Source: Octopus bimaculoides
Taxonomy: Eukaryota
Reading direction: 5' to 3'
Length of the DNA stretch: 36,135 nucleotides
Assembly: GCF_001194135.2 (NCBI RefSeq)
Contig: NC_068981.1
Span: 180,905,775-180,941,909 of the forward strand
Shown: positions 23,516 to 35,434 of the stretch, in pieces
Numbering within the stretch: the first letter of the stretch is position 1
Layout: each line of letters starts with the position of its first letter
Notes under the pieces: generated by a model
What the model was told of the DNA's origin: nothing
The model's input: only the letters and a program-made list of their open reading frames with translations
Database searches by the model: none
Made by a program: the position numbers and the translations under genes

Positions 23516-24072
23516 GAAATATTCAAACACTGAGATTTGAAGTTAGATGTCACTACTGTTCATATCATCTGTGGATAAATTCAAAATTTGATATCACCAG
23601 TAGTAGCATTGGTGGAACGCAGTTATGATAGCTTTATGGAGCTATGAAATATCGTAATGATGCTTAATGAGCATCTACCTGCTAGAAATAAGAGCCAAGT
23701 CTTAAATAATCCACCGTATATATAATATATATTTATCGTCATCATCATCATCATCGTTTAATATCTGCTTTCCATGCTGGCATGGGATGGATGGTTTGAA
23801 TGAGGGCTGGCAAGCCAGAAAGCTGCACTAGGCTCCAATCTGATCTGGCAATGTTTCTACAGTTGGATGCCCTTCCTAATGCCAACCACTCCAAGAGTGT
23901 AGTGTGTGCTTTTACGTGCCATTGGCATGAAGGCCAGCCAGGCAGTACTGGCAACAACCAAGTTCGAATGGTGTTTTATATGTGCCACCGGTACAGGAGC
24001 CAGTCAGCCGACGTTGGCAATGATCACGTTTGAATGCTTGAATGGTGCTTTTTATGAGCTACTGTCATGGAC

Positions 24073-24113
<41 letters not shown>

Positions 24114-24321
24114 CGCATATATACATATACATATGTACATATATACACACACACACACAAGCATACATACACACACATAAATATATATACAGTTTTTATC
24201 AAAAAATAACAGAAACATACCTCAAACATGAGTGTATGTACATTTCTTAATTCTAATCAGCAGGAAGTTACAAAGGTGACTGATCTAAAATTAAAATGTT
24301 ATGTATGTGTGTGTTTGTATA

Positions 24322-24480
24322 TGGCTGTGTGGTAAGTAACTTGCCTACCAACTGCATGGTTCTGGGTTCAGTCCCACTGCGTTGCACCTTGGGCAAGTGT
24401 CTTCTACTATATCCTCGGGCCGGCCAAAGCCTTGTGAGTGGATTTGGTAGATGGAAACTGAAAGAAGCCTGTTGTATATA
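24322..24480 (+). mobile_element. SINE family A, 5' half (truncated by gap)
   Basis: tggctgtgtggtaagtaacttgc...gaaactgaaagaagcctg. Confidence 0.85.
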
Positions 24481-25382
24481 TGTATATATATATATATATA
24501 TATATNNNNNNNNNNNNNNNNNNNNNNNNNNNNNNNNNNNNNNNNNNNNNNNNNNNNNNNNNNNNNNNNNNNNNNNNNNNNNNNNNNNNNNNNNNNNNNN
24601 NNNNNNNNNNNNNNNNNNNNNNNNNNNNNNNNNNNNNNNNNNNNNNNNNNNNNNNNNNNNNNNNNNNNNNNNNNNNNNNNNNNNNNNNNNNNNNNNNNNN
24701 NNNNNNNNNNNNNNNNNNNNNNNNNNNNNNNNNNNNNNNNNNNNNNNNNNNNNNNNNNNNNNNNNNNNNNNNNNNNNNNNNNNNNNNNNNNNNNNNNNNN
24801 NNNNNNNNNNNNNNNNNNNNNNNNNNNNNNNNNNNNNNNNNNNNNNNNNNNNNNNNNNNNNNNNNNNNNNNNNNNNNNNNNNNNNNNNNNNNNNNNNNNN
24901 NNNNNNNNNNNNNNNNNNNNNNNNNNNNNNNNNNNNNNNNNNNNNNNNNNNNNNNNNNNNNNNNNNNNNNNNNNNNNNNNNNNNNNNNNNNNNNNNNNNN
25001 NNNNNNNNNNNNNNNNNNNNNNNNNNNNNNNNNNNNNNNNNNNNNNNNNNNNNNNNNNNNNNNNNNNNNNNNNNNNNNNNNNNNNNNNNNNNNNNNNNNN
25101 NNNNNNNNNNNNNNNNNNNNNNNNNNNNNNNNNNNNNNNNNNNNNNNNNNNNNNNNNNNNNNNNNNNNNNNNNNNNNNNNNNNNNNNNNNNNNNNNNNNN
25201 NNNNNNNNNNNNNNNNNNNNNNNNNNNNNNNNNNNNNNNNNNNNNNNNNNNNNNNNNNNNNNNNNNNNNNNNNNNNNNNNNNNNNNNNNNNNNNNNNNNN
25301 NNNNNNNNNNNNNNNNNNNNNNNNNNNNNNNNNNNNNNNNNNNNNNNNNNNNNNNNNNNNNNNNNNNNNNNNNNNNNNNNNN

Positions 25383-25500
25383 GTGTACCCTTAATGTATT
25401 TCTTGGGGAGATTCAGCGTGACACAGTGTGACAAGGCTGGCCCTTTTGAAATACAGGTACAACAGAAACAGGAAGAAAGAGTGAGAGAAAGTTGTGGCAG
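25383..25500 (-). mobile_element. 3' part of another SINE family (resembles the octopus OK-type SINE tail)
   Basis: Minus strand ttctctcactctttcttcctgtttctgttgtacctgtatttcaaaagggccagccttgtcacactgtgtcacgctgaatctccccaagaatacattaagggtacac. The family name is recalled, not verified. Confidence 0.6.
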
Positions 25501-26999
25501 TGACTAGTGACTGAGACCTTTGAAAATACACTGTGCTTGAGAAGACCCAGCAAGCCAAGTGAGACCATAACCCGTGGCCTATGCCAGTGGTGTAACCACA
25601 TGGTTCCAAGTTCAATCCCATTGTGTGGCACCTTGATCAAGTGTCTTTGACTATAGCCCCAGCCAGTGAAAAAAATTGGTGGATTTGGTAGATGAAAACT
25701 GAAAGAAGCCTGTTGTATAGATAATAGACAGATATACAGGTGTATATGTATGTATGTGTGTTTTATTGTTCCATGCCTTGACATCACATGATCGTTGTAA
25801 ATGAGTGTTACCATCATGCAAGCAGTGCTTTTTGTTAGTCTTCCATGTAAATATGTCTGGTCATTGGGAATTATTACCTTACTTGGAAACAGGTGAGGGT
25901 TGGTGACAAGTAAGGCATCCAGCTATAGAAAATCTGTCTCAACAAAATTCTAGCCAACCCATGCAAGCATGGAAAAGTGAGCATTGAAATGGTAATGAGA
26001 ATGATGATAGTGGCAGTGGCAGCTAGGCTATTGTGGTGGTGGTGGTGGTGGTGGTGGCAGCGGCGGTGGTGGTGGTGGCGGTGGGGTCGGCGGCAGCAGC
26101 AGTGAATGCTATTTATTAAATCTGAGGTGGTATCATTGAAAAGTGTTTGGTCGTAATTACTTCAAAGTTCCAGTATTTTTACAAATCTCATGTACTCTCT
26201 CTAATTTCTCCTTCAGTTGGAGAACCCCTACTCTACAACATTGACTTTTTTTAATCAAACCTCTGTTTAGAATTATCAGTCAAGCTGTTTGCTTGGCAAG
26301 TTATTCACATAACACNNNNNNNNNNNNNNNNNNNNNNNNNNNNNNNNNNNNNNNNNNNNNNNNNNNNNNNNNNNNNNNNNNNNNNNNNNNNNNNNNNNNN
26401 NNNNNNNNNNNNNNNNNNNNNNNNNNNNNNNNNNNNNNNNNNNNNNNNNNNNNNNNNNNNNNNNNNNNNNNNNNNNNNNNNNNNNNNNNNNNNNNNNNNN
26501 NNNNNNNNNNNNNNNNNNNNNNNNNNNNNNNNNNNNNNNNNNNNNNNNNNNNNNNNNNNNNNNNNNNNNNNNNNNNNNNNNNNNNNNNNNNNNNNNNNNN
26601 NNNNNNNNNNNNNNNNNNNNNNNNNNNNNNNNNNNNNNNNNNNNNNNNNNNNNNNNNNNNNNNNNNNNNNNNNNNNNNNNNNNNNNNNNNNNNNNNNNNN
26701 NNNNNNNNNNNNNNNNNNNNNNNNNNNNNNNNNNNNNNNNNNNNNNNNNNNNNNNNNNNNNNNNNNNNNNNNNNNNNNNNNNNNNNNNNNNNNNNNNNNN
26801 NNNNNNNNNNNNNNNNNNNNNNNNNNNNNNNNNNNNNNNNNNNNNNNNNNNNNNNNNNNNNNNNNNNNNNNNNNNNNNNNNNNNNNNNNNNNNNNNNNNN
26901 NNNNNNNNNNNNNNNNNNNNNNNNNNNNNNNNNNNNNNNNNNNNNNNNNNNNNNNNNNNNNNNNNNNNNNNNNNNNNNNNNNNNNNNNNNNNNNNNNNN

Positions 27000-27030
<31 letters not shown>

Positions 27031-27251
27031 ACCAAATATATATATATATGACACCAAATATAGCACAGCCTACAGAAATATATATATGTCTGTGTTTGTG
27101 TGTAGGAGACAGAGTCTTTATAGTTATTTATTTTTCTTATTTTCTTTCTATTTCATTATCACTCACTTGTAATATTATTTCATTTATTTACATCAGTTGG
27201 ATAACAACACACTTCCTTACAACAAAAGTCCTTTTGTTCTTATTGTCCTAG

Positions 27252-27302
27252 AAAACCATTTCTGAAGTCAGGGTCAGGTAACTTGTTCCAGCATTCAAAA
27301 AC
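27252..27302 (+). CDS. Candidate small exon (51 nt, or 26 nt with the internal donor)
   Basis: ccttttgttcttattgtcctAG acceptor; donors AC|GTAAGT (27302/27303) and CAG|GTAACT (27277/27278). Reads KPFLKSGSGNLFQHSK or KTISEVRV. No homology recognised. Confidence 0.25.
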
Positions 27303-27417
27303 GTAAGTATTAACATGAATTACACTGTTTGGCTCCTTTCTCTTCTTACCCTGTAATTTAGACCAATAGTTTGTTTTCACAATATATTATTTCATGCACA
27401 CATATGAACACATACAT

Positions 27418-27454
<37 letters not shown>

Positions 27455-27636
27455 AAGTATATCTGATGGCCCTGACACGTTTCCCCTGATTCTTTATGCT
27501 ACCTATATCTGTTATATTTGCTTCCCAACCACATGGTTCTGGGTTCAGTCCCACTTTGTGGCACCTTGGGCAAATGTCTTCTACTATAGCCTTGAGATGA
27601 CCAGTTAATATTATAATGACCAGTTAATATTATAAT

Positions 27637-27818
27637 GGGGGCCAGTTTATGGGGTTACTCTGGGTTTCTCGCTCATAAGGGGTTTAGCCTTACAGCATAT
27701 CTTCAGACTCCATTTTGAAAAGTTCTTAAGCCAGCAGTGTTTGGGGTCTGAAGATATACCATAAGGCTAAACCCCCTTATAAGTGAGAAACCCAGGGTAA
27801 CCCCATAAACTGGCTCCC
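27637..27818. mobile_element. 182-bp foldback MITE with ~76-bp TIRs and ATTATAAT flanks
   Basis: TIRs 27637-27712 and 27742-27818 (ggg(g/a)gccagtttatggggttac...), 29-bp spacer, attataat on both sides (27629-27636 and 27819-27826). Confidence 0.88.
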
Positions 27819-27906
<88 letters not shown>

Positions 27907-28491
27907 CTTGTTTTAGTTTCGGCCCAAGCCAAAACTAATCTGATTGAGTAGACCTATGATTGAAGACATCCCAGTTGTGACAGACTATCCTAAGAGGATG
28001 TGATATAAGATAAATTCGGTTACTATTTTGAGCGGGACATGTGACCACATAAAGACTTCCTCATCCACTGAAAGCAAAAAATATATAATTACATACTGTG
28101 TGCTGTTAACAAACTTCTGAAATATTTCTACCTCTTAATTACTCTATGCTCTATTTATTTTCATTGTATATACTGTCATTTAAACATAGGACAGTCATTT
28201 TGTAAAGTCGGGCTGAGATTTTTGTGACTGCTTCGGTGAACAGCAACGTGCTTCTGGTTTCATATAACCGAGGCCAAAGAGACAAACAATCCAGATACTT
28301 TTTTCCCCACTGACCATCTATTAACATTAACACCTCATTTTAGACAAGTAATAGCAAGTACAAACTTAATCCTATCAGAGTGTGCATGTTCATATACATG
28401 CATTGTTGTGTATGTGTGTGTATGTGTATTCTTTTATTCTTTTACTACTTTCAGCCCAAGACCTGTGGCTATGCTGCAGTACCACCATTAC

Positions 28492-28524
<33 letters not shown>

Positions 28525-28670
28525 CATACTTTGTTTATTGGCAACCAGGGCTGAACACAAAACATAAAGGATGATAAGAACAGAAATAAATTTATTTCTC
28601 AAATGCGTGATAATGCTATAAATAGCATGATCAGGATAAATTATCCATTTATTGCAGAAAAATACGCTAC

Positions 28671-28743
28671 TGGCCAGCCATGAGACTCGAACTCACATCT
28701 CTGTGATTACGCGTCAAGTGTTTTACCATTAAACTATACTGCC
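28671..28743 (-). pseudogene. tRNA-like sequence (Thr-CGT-like), degenerate; pseudogene or SINE head
   Basis: GGCAGTA TA GTTT AATGGTA AAAC A CTTGA CGCGTAA TCACA GAGAT GTGAG TTCGAGT CTCAT GGCTGGC CA. D and T arms intact, acceptor 5/7, anticodon stem 3/5, G in place of U33. Confidence 0.7.
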
Positions 28744-28879
28744 CAGCAATGGATTCTTCTGCAATTTTAGAACTTATAAATTTAGCTTCATAAGACGCTA
28801 AAGGATGATATACAGACGAGGAACAGTAGGATTAAACATGTAAACAGCAAAAAAAAAAACAACACAATTAACAAGGAGA

Positions 28880-29347
28880 TTAAACCAACAATGTACTTCC
28901 CCAATAGGTCAGAGTTCCACCGAGAGGTGACCAAAGGAACCTCACACACAGAGGAAGGTACCCATCTTCAACCCTTTCAATTGCGTCCACCACACAATCT
29001 CTTTTGCCATAGCTACCAAACAGAGCAAAACTGCCTGCCCTTCGTGGCCAAAGGAAGGAGGTAGGGTGATCTTTACGATGGGCTTGGGCGATAGCCAGAT
29101 CCGTCCTACTTGTGACAATAACTGTTCGACAAAGCTCCACAAGTCAGCAATGCATGGACACTGTATGAGAGCATGCAGAATAGTTTCATTGCTCCACATG
29201 CATCTCGGACAAGCCCGACTTACGGCACATCCATGCCTGTAGAGCTTATTGTGTACTGGCAGAGCCCCCTGGTAGCACTGTCAGGCCAGGGATTTTTGGA
29301 AGTTATCCATAGGCCCCAGCCCAAAAGTCTTCTGGAAGAGACCAGCC
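28880..29347 (-). mobile_element. L1/Tx1-clade LINE ORF2 C-terminus with CCHC-type zinc finger (remnant)
   Basis: AGLFQKTFGLGPMDNFQKSLA*QCYQGALPVHNKLYRHG...CPRCMWSNETILHALIQCPCIADLWSFVEQLL...AMAKEIVWW; CxxC...ET..H....C motif; 5' part lost in gap. Confidence 0.88.
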
Positions 29348-30384
29348 NNNNNNNNNNNNNNNNNNNNNNNNNNNNNNNNNNNNNNNNNNNNNNNNNNNNN
29401 NNNNNNNNNNNNNNNNNNNNNNNNNNNNNNNNNNNNNNNNNNNNNNNNNNNNNNNNNNNNNNNNNNNNNNNNNNNNNNNNNNNNNNNNNNNNNNNNNNNN
29501 NNNNNNNNNNNNNNNNNNNNNNNNNNNNNNNNNNNNNNNNNNNNNNNNNNNNNNNNNNNNNNNNNNNNNNNNNNNNNNNNNNNNNNNNNNNNNNNNNNNN
29601 NNNNNNNNNNNNNNNNNNNNNNNNNNNNNNNNNNNNNNNNNNNNNNNNNNNNNNNNNNNNNNNNNNNNNNNNNNNNNNNNNNNNNNNNNNNNNNNNNNNN
29701 NNNNNNNNNNNNNCACACACACACACACACACACACATATGCACAAATACCTAGATGATGTTGATAAAAGTTCCAATGAAGGAGTCTTCAATCTATGTTA
29801 GAGTCCGGCTCTTTCTCTATGGACAAGAAATACAGAAATGAAACTGATTGATAACATACATACATACAAGGCTCCTGCAAAGTTTGCTGCTTGCCCAAGG
29901 TGTTGTGCTATACAATTGAATTCTGAATCACATGTTCCGAAGCAAACTTCTTAACCACTCAGCCATAGCTGTGTCTTTGTGTATATACACATACTTGCAC
30001 CCTGCATATCAGCATCCCCATTTAACATCCATTTTCCATGCTGGCATGGATTGGACAGTTTGTCAGGAGTTGGCCAGCTGGAGAGCTATCTAGGCTCCAA
30101 TTGTCTGTTCTGGCAGGGTTTCTATGGTTGGATGCCTTTCCTAACACCAACCACTTTACAGAGTGTACTGGGTGCTTTTGGGGTGGCACTGGCACGAGCA
30201 GCTTATATGTTGCACTGGCGTGGGTGCTTTATATGTGACACTGGCACAAGTGCTTCTCATGTGGCACCAGCATGGTTGCTTTTATATACATATAACCTTT
30301 TTCTGCCTTATAGCTTTATCTACAATCCATATAAACTTAGTAATCTTAGTGACTAGCACAGTACAGTAATCTTTTCTACTCTAG

Positions 30385-30818
30385 GCACAAGGCCTGAAAT
30401 TTTTGGGGAGGGGACCAGTGGATTAGATCGACCCCAGTACACAACTAGTACTTAATTTATTGACCCCGAAAGATGAAAGGCGATGAACTGGCAGAAACGT
30501 TAGCACGCTGGGCGAAATGCTTAGTGGTATTTCGTCTGCCACTACGTTCTGAGTTCAAATTCCGCCAAAGTCGACTTTGCCTTTCATCCTTTCGAGGTCG
30601 ATAAATTAAGTACCAGTTACGCACTGGAATCGATGTAATCGAATTAATCCCTTTGTCTGTCCTTTTTGTCTCCACTATGTTTAGCCCCTTGTGGGCAATA
30701 AAGAAATAAGATGAAAGGCAAAGTTGACCTCGGTGGAATTTGAACTCAGAATGTAAAGACAGACAAAATACCACTGACCATTTCACCCAGAGTGCTAATG
30801 TTTCTGTCAGCTCACTGC
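30385..30818 (-). mobile_element. SINE family B (host), split by an inserted same-family copy
   Basis: 30385-30481 and 30720-30818 join into one minus-strand copy. Confidence 0.8.
30482..30707 (+). mobile_element. Young full-length tRNA-derived SINE family B (Nin/Deu-like central domain)
   Basis: gaactggcagaaacgttagcac...gagttcaaattccg...gcctttcatcctttcgaggtcgataaattaagtaccag...aaagaaata, flanked by aagatgaaaggc at 30470-30481 and 30708-30719. Confidence 0.88.
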
Positions 30819-30824
30819 ACAGTA

Positions 30825-31092
30825 CAGTAATCCCTCGACTACCATGGGTGTTACACTCCAACCTCCTGCCCCCCACGATAAGTGAAAATCAGTGAAGTAG
30901 AAACAGTACTGTACTGTATATTTTTAAAATTATTTTTATAATTTGTATATATTTATTTTATCATAAATGCAATATAACACCACAGAGTTATCGACATAAG
31001 CTTAAATAGTAAACCACAAGATGTAAGCTTAAATAATAAACTGCAATAGGTAAACCAAGATAGGTGAAACGCAATATGGCAAGGGATTACTG
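30825..31092. mobile_element. Tigger/pogo-type MITE with TA TSD
   Basis: TA|cagtaatccctcg ... caagggattactg|TA. Confidence 0.85.
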
Positions 31093-31123
31093 TAGTTATC
31101 TCTCTGACTCTACATGTGTGTGA

Positions 31124-31175
<52 letters not shown>

Positions 31176-31802
31176 TGTGCATATGAGGGTGTGTTGTGTG
31201 GGTGTATATATGAAAAAGAAAGAGAGAATGAGTGGCAGACATTGATACCTATGCATAAATGTCATCACAAACATTAGTCGGTTAGGTATTTTGAACAATA
31301 CCTAATCTTAAAAGGGGTTTTTTTAATGTTTTTTTTTTTGTCTCCATTATCTGTAGGTTACAGAATAAATATTTTGAATGTTTGCAGTCCATCGCTTTAG
31401 ATGTATGAGTTTTAAAGAAACATTTTGGTGTAAACATGCCACTGAATACAAGTTACATGGTACAACATAATATGTAGGTCAGCATACATGTATGTATCCT
31501 CAACCATCATACTACAGCATGTGCTATATTACACTGTAATTGCACTTAGCCCCACAGTATCATCATCATCATCATCATCATCATCGTCGTCGTCATCGTT
31601 GTCACCATCATCAACATCACCACCGCCGCTGCCGCCATAGTCGTCGTCATCATCATTTAATGCCCATGTTCCATGTTGGCATAGGTTGGATGGTTTGACA
31701 GGTTCCAATGGGCCCTAGGACTGCATCATGCTCCAGGATCTGCTTTTGGCATGGTTTCTATGACTTGATGCTCTTCCTAATGCCAAATGTTTGACACCAT
31801 GT

Positions 31803-32220
31803 ACTCTCTTTTAATCTTTTACTTGTTTCAGTCATTTGATTGCGGCCATGCTGGAGCACCGCCTTTTAGTCGAGCAAATCGACCCCAGGACTTATTCTTT
31901 GGAAGCCTAGTACTTATTCTATCGGTCTCTTTTGCCAAACCGCTAAGTTACGGGGACGTAAACACACCACCATCAGTTGTCAAGCGATGCTGGGGGGACA
32001 AACACAGACACACAAACATATACACAGACATGCATATATATATATATATACATATATATGACGGGCTTCTTTCAGTTTCCGTCTACCAAATCCACTCACA
32101 AGGCTTTGGTCGGCCCAAGACTATAGTAGAAGACACTTGCCCAAAGTGTCACGCAGTGGGAATGAACCCGGAACCATATGGTTGGTAAGCAAGCTACTTA
32201 CCACACAGCTACTCCTGCGC
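31803..32220 (-). mobile_element. Full-length SINE family A
   Basis: High similarity to 5357-5754. Confidence 0.9.
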
Positions 32221-33450
32221 ATATGTATACAATATTTTTTTTTTGTGCCACTATAGAGCTTGCAAGACTACAGACACCAAAGCGGCGACTTTATGCCAGG
32301 AGATGAGGAGTAAAAGACCAGTAAAAGTACAGGAGATGGGACCAACCACATTTTCAAAGAGGTGGGAGCAACTGAGTGGAGCTGGAAAACGAAACAAAAA
32401 AAAGATGGTGATGAGGTGTTTGTTGGGGGTGGACCTTCAAGATATGATGTAAGAAGAAATGGGTGGGGTAGAGAGACCAGGAGTGATGGGGTGACATAGC
32501 TGAAATGGTATATTGTTTTTGTTTTTTTTTAAATTTTTTGCTTTCTTTTTACATCTTTTTTCCTTGATTAGAGGAATATACTATCAAAGCATTGTTTTAC
32601 TGCCAGATGCCTTTCCTGTCTCTAACCCTCGTCTGTTTTTCAAGTAAGAGTCTCTTATTCCATATGACCTCAAAGACACAAGGACAACAGACAATTTGGT
32701 GATGAGGGAAATGACGACAACATCATTGTCCTTAACTCATCAATTTTCAGAAAAGTGCAAATATAAACAAACACACACACATATACATACACATACGCGC
32801 ATGCACATGCACACACACATGCACAGACACAGAATTTCTCACTAGCTTTGGCTAAAGAATCATTTGTTCCAAGTGAGATAAAATGTCTACATTTGAAGAA
32901 TTTTATCTATGTTAGATATTTTCAAAGCAATAAATATTTGAATAAGAATTAGCAAGAATTTGTTACAACTACATGTCTTTAATAATGACAGGCTTGAAAA
33001 GCATGCTTTGACATGCTTCACCTTTGCCAATGTTTTATAATCATGTTTATTAACCAGTCTGCGATAACTACTGTAAAACGTAACGGAGGAAAATTAGATA
33101 TTTGATACTTTAATGACTTGAAACTGACACAAGGGGTCATAGACATTATCACCTCATAGCAATAAAAAGGAGGGAAAACTTTTCATGTTTGCAGGTTTAA
33201 TTCTCACAAATGAAGCAACACAAAACTTACAAGAAAAAAAAATGTACCAAAATACATAGATTCAAAAGAGAGGGATAAAATCTGGGTATCAGCTATTGTA
33301 GCAAGATTATAAAAATGGTAAGTATTCTATGTTGTAGAGAAGTTTGCTCCACAGTCAGATGGTTTGGGATTCAGTCTCATGGTATCTTGCATGGTGTCTT
33401 GAGCAAGTATCTTCTACTATTGCCTTGAGATGACCAAAGTTTTACCAGTG

Positions 33451-33860
33451 GGCACAGGAGTGGCTGTGTGGTAAGTAGCTTGCTTACCAACCACATGGTT
33501 TCGGGTTCATTCCCACTGCGTGGCACCTTAGGCAAGTGTCTTCTACTATAGCCTTGGGCCGACCAATGCCTTGTGAGTGGATTTGGTAGATGGAAACTGA
33601 AGGAAGTCCATCGTATATATGTATTTATATATATGTATGTGTGTATATGTTTGTGTGTCTGTGTTTGTCCCCCCACCATCGCTTGACAACCGATGGTGGT
33701 GTGTTTACATCCCCATAAATTAGTGGTTCAGCAAAAGAGACCGATAGAATAAATACTAGGCTTACAAAGAACAAGTCCTGGGGTCAATTTGCTCAACTAA
33801 TGGCGGTGCTCCAGCATGGCCGTAGTCAAATGACTGAAACAAGTAAAAGAGTAAAAGAGT
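33451..33860 (+). mobile_element. Full-length SINE family A (preceded by a degenerate head at ~33340-33445)
   Basis: ggcacaggagtggctgtgtggtaagtagc...aagtaaaagagtaaaagagt. Confidence 0.9.
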
Positions 33861-34345
33861 GGATTCAGAAGACAGAAACCAAAAGCAACCCAGTGTGTTC
33901 ACACACATACACACACACACATGCACACACACATGAATGACTCTGTCCCCCTGGCTTTCTCTGTTACTTCATCTCTCATTCTGCTCCTTTCTTTCCCTAT
34001 TGGAGCAACCAAGTATCACCTCTATTGTAAGACATCTATCTCTATCTCTCTGTTATGCCTTAACCTCTCAACTAGCACAAAGCCACATCCCTCAGTACCA
34101 CTTTCTCTCCCAGCTGAGAGCTCTTTGTGTTATAAGTTACTTGCCAACCCCACTGGTGCTGGTGCCACATAAAATACACCCAGTACACTCCCAAAAGTGG
34201 TTGTCATTAGGAAGGACATCCAGCCATACAAATCATGTCAAAGGAGTCAATGGAGCCCAGTGCAGCTCTCTAGCTTGCCAGCTCCTGTCAAACCATCCAA
34301 ACCATGCCAGCATCGAAGATGGACATTAAATGATGATGATGATGA

Positions 34346-34395
<50 letters not shown>

Positions 34396-34500
34396 GTACG
34401 ATATATTTCACCATGCCTAAGCAAAATAATTATATATTTGTGTGTGTGTGTGGGCATGCATGCATGCATGCATATATGTATGTATATACATATATGTATG

Positions 34501-34534
<34 letters not shown>

Positions 34535-34810
34535 TACAAGGAGGTGTGTGTGTGTGCATGTGTGCGTGTGCGCATGTGTACCGTGTGTATCATATAAATA
34601 CTGGAGATCTTGGATATGATCCCTTGTTGCCTTAGTGTGAAATAAGCTTCTAATATTGGAGAGACACAGAAGCCCTTGAAATGCTAGAAGAACATAAGAT
34701 ATTAAGTACCCCGCAAAAACGAATTCCAGTAGTAGCTTTAAAAAATATCTCAAAGTATAATTTACAAATGCATATAACTTACAAAACTTAAATTAAAAAA
34801 GGGTAAATAC

Positions 34811-35120
34811 CCCCTTTGGTCATGACTGACTGTAGGATTGCACTTTGAAAGTTCTCCTCTGAGGCACAAGTTTGGGCAAGGTTGTTTATGAAAGACCAGC
34901 AGTCACCCATGTATACCAGTCTCTCCTCTCCATGCCACTGATGTCATCCAAGGGAAAGGAAAAGGCTAAAGCAGCTTAGCACCAGTGATGTCGCAACTCA
35001 TTGGAACAACGTGAAATAAAGTGTCTTGTTCAAGAACCCAACACACAGCCTGGTCTTGGAATCAAACTCACTACCTCATGATTGTGAACCTGATACACTA
35101 ACCACTGAGCCATGCACCTT
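34811..35120 (-). mobile_element. tRNA-derived SINE, CORE-like family
   Basis: Minus strand aaggtgcatggctcagtggttagtg...gagtttgattcc...cttgaacaagacactttatttcac: A and B boxes followed by a CORE-like cttgagcaagacacttta motif. Confidence 0.75.
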
Positions 35121-35434
35121 AAACTGACAATAGCAATAAAATTAGTCCAAAAGGCCATATACACTCCCTGAATAAAACACAACAGGGAACACTAATGTTT
35201 CCTTCTAAAAATTTTTAAGGTGATCCAGAACACACATAGATTTGGATGATCGTTGGGCTGTGGTGCTAGAACAGCCAAGCACATTCACAAGTATCAGTTA
35301 GTGCATTGGTAAAACAAGACACCAACAATGCCTAAAACTTTGTTGTTGGCAGCTTGGTTCCCTCAAAGGCTGCAAAGTATACTTTACCAGCAGATCATGA
35401 CATTTCAGAATCCTATTCAATTTTGCTAAAGTTA

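Noticed and set aside
26030-26102. Poly-Gly coding tract ((GGT)n/(GGC)n); similar tract at 31557-31656
   Set aside because: These are degenerate trinucleotide extensions of LINE-type (GAT/CAT)n tails with no flanking ORF.
28151-28333. Protein-like minus-strand ORF (KKYLDCLSLWPRLYETRSTLLF...)
   Set aside because: No convincing donor site and no recognisable family; other frames look equally plausible.
28671-28743. Functional tRNA-Thr(CGT) gene
   Set aside because: Mismatches in the acceptor and anticodon stems and loss of U33; kept as pseudogene or SINE head.
2272-29791. Long ORFs in the track (e.g. 364, 403, 388, 336 aa) and YI/HT/CV-rich ORFs
   Set aside because: They consist of translated N-gaps and (TA)n/(CA)n microsatellites and carry no coding signal.
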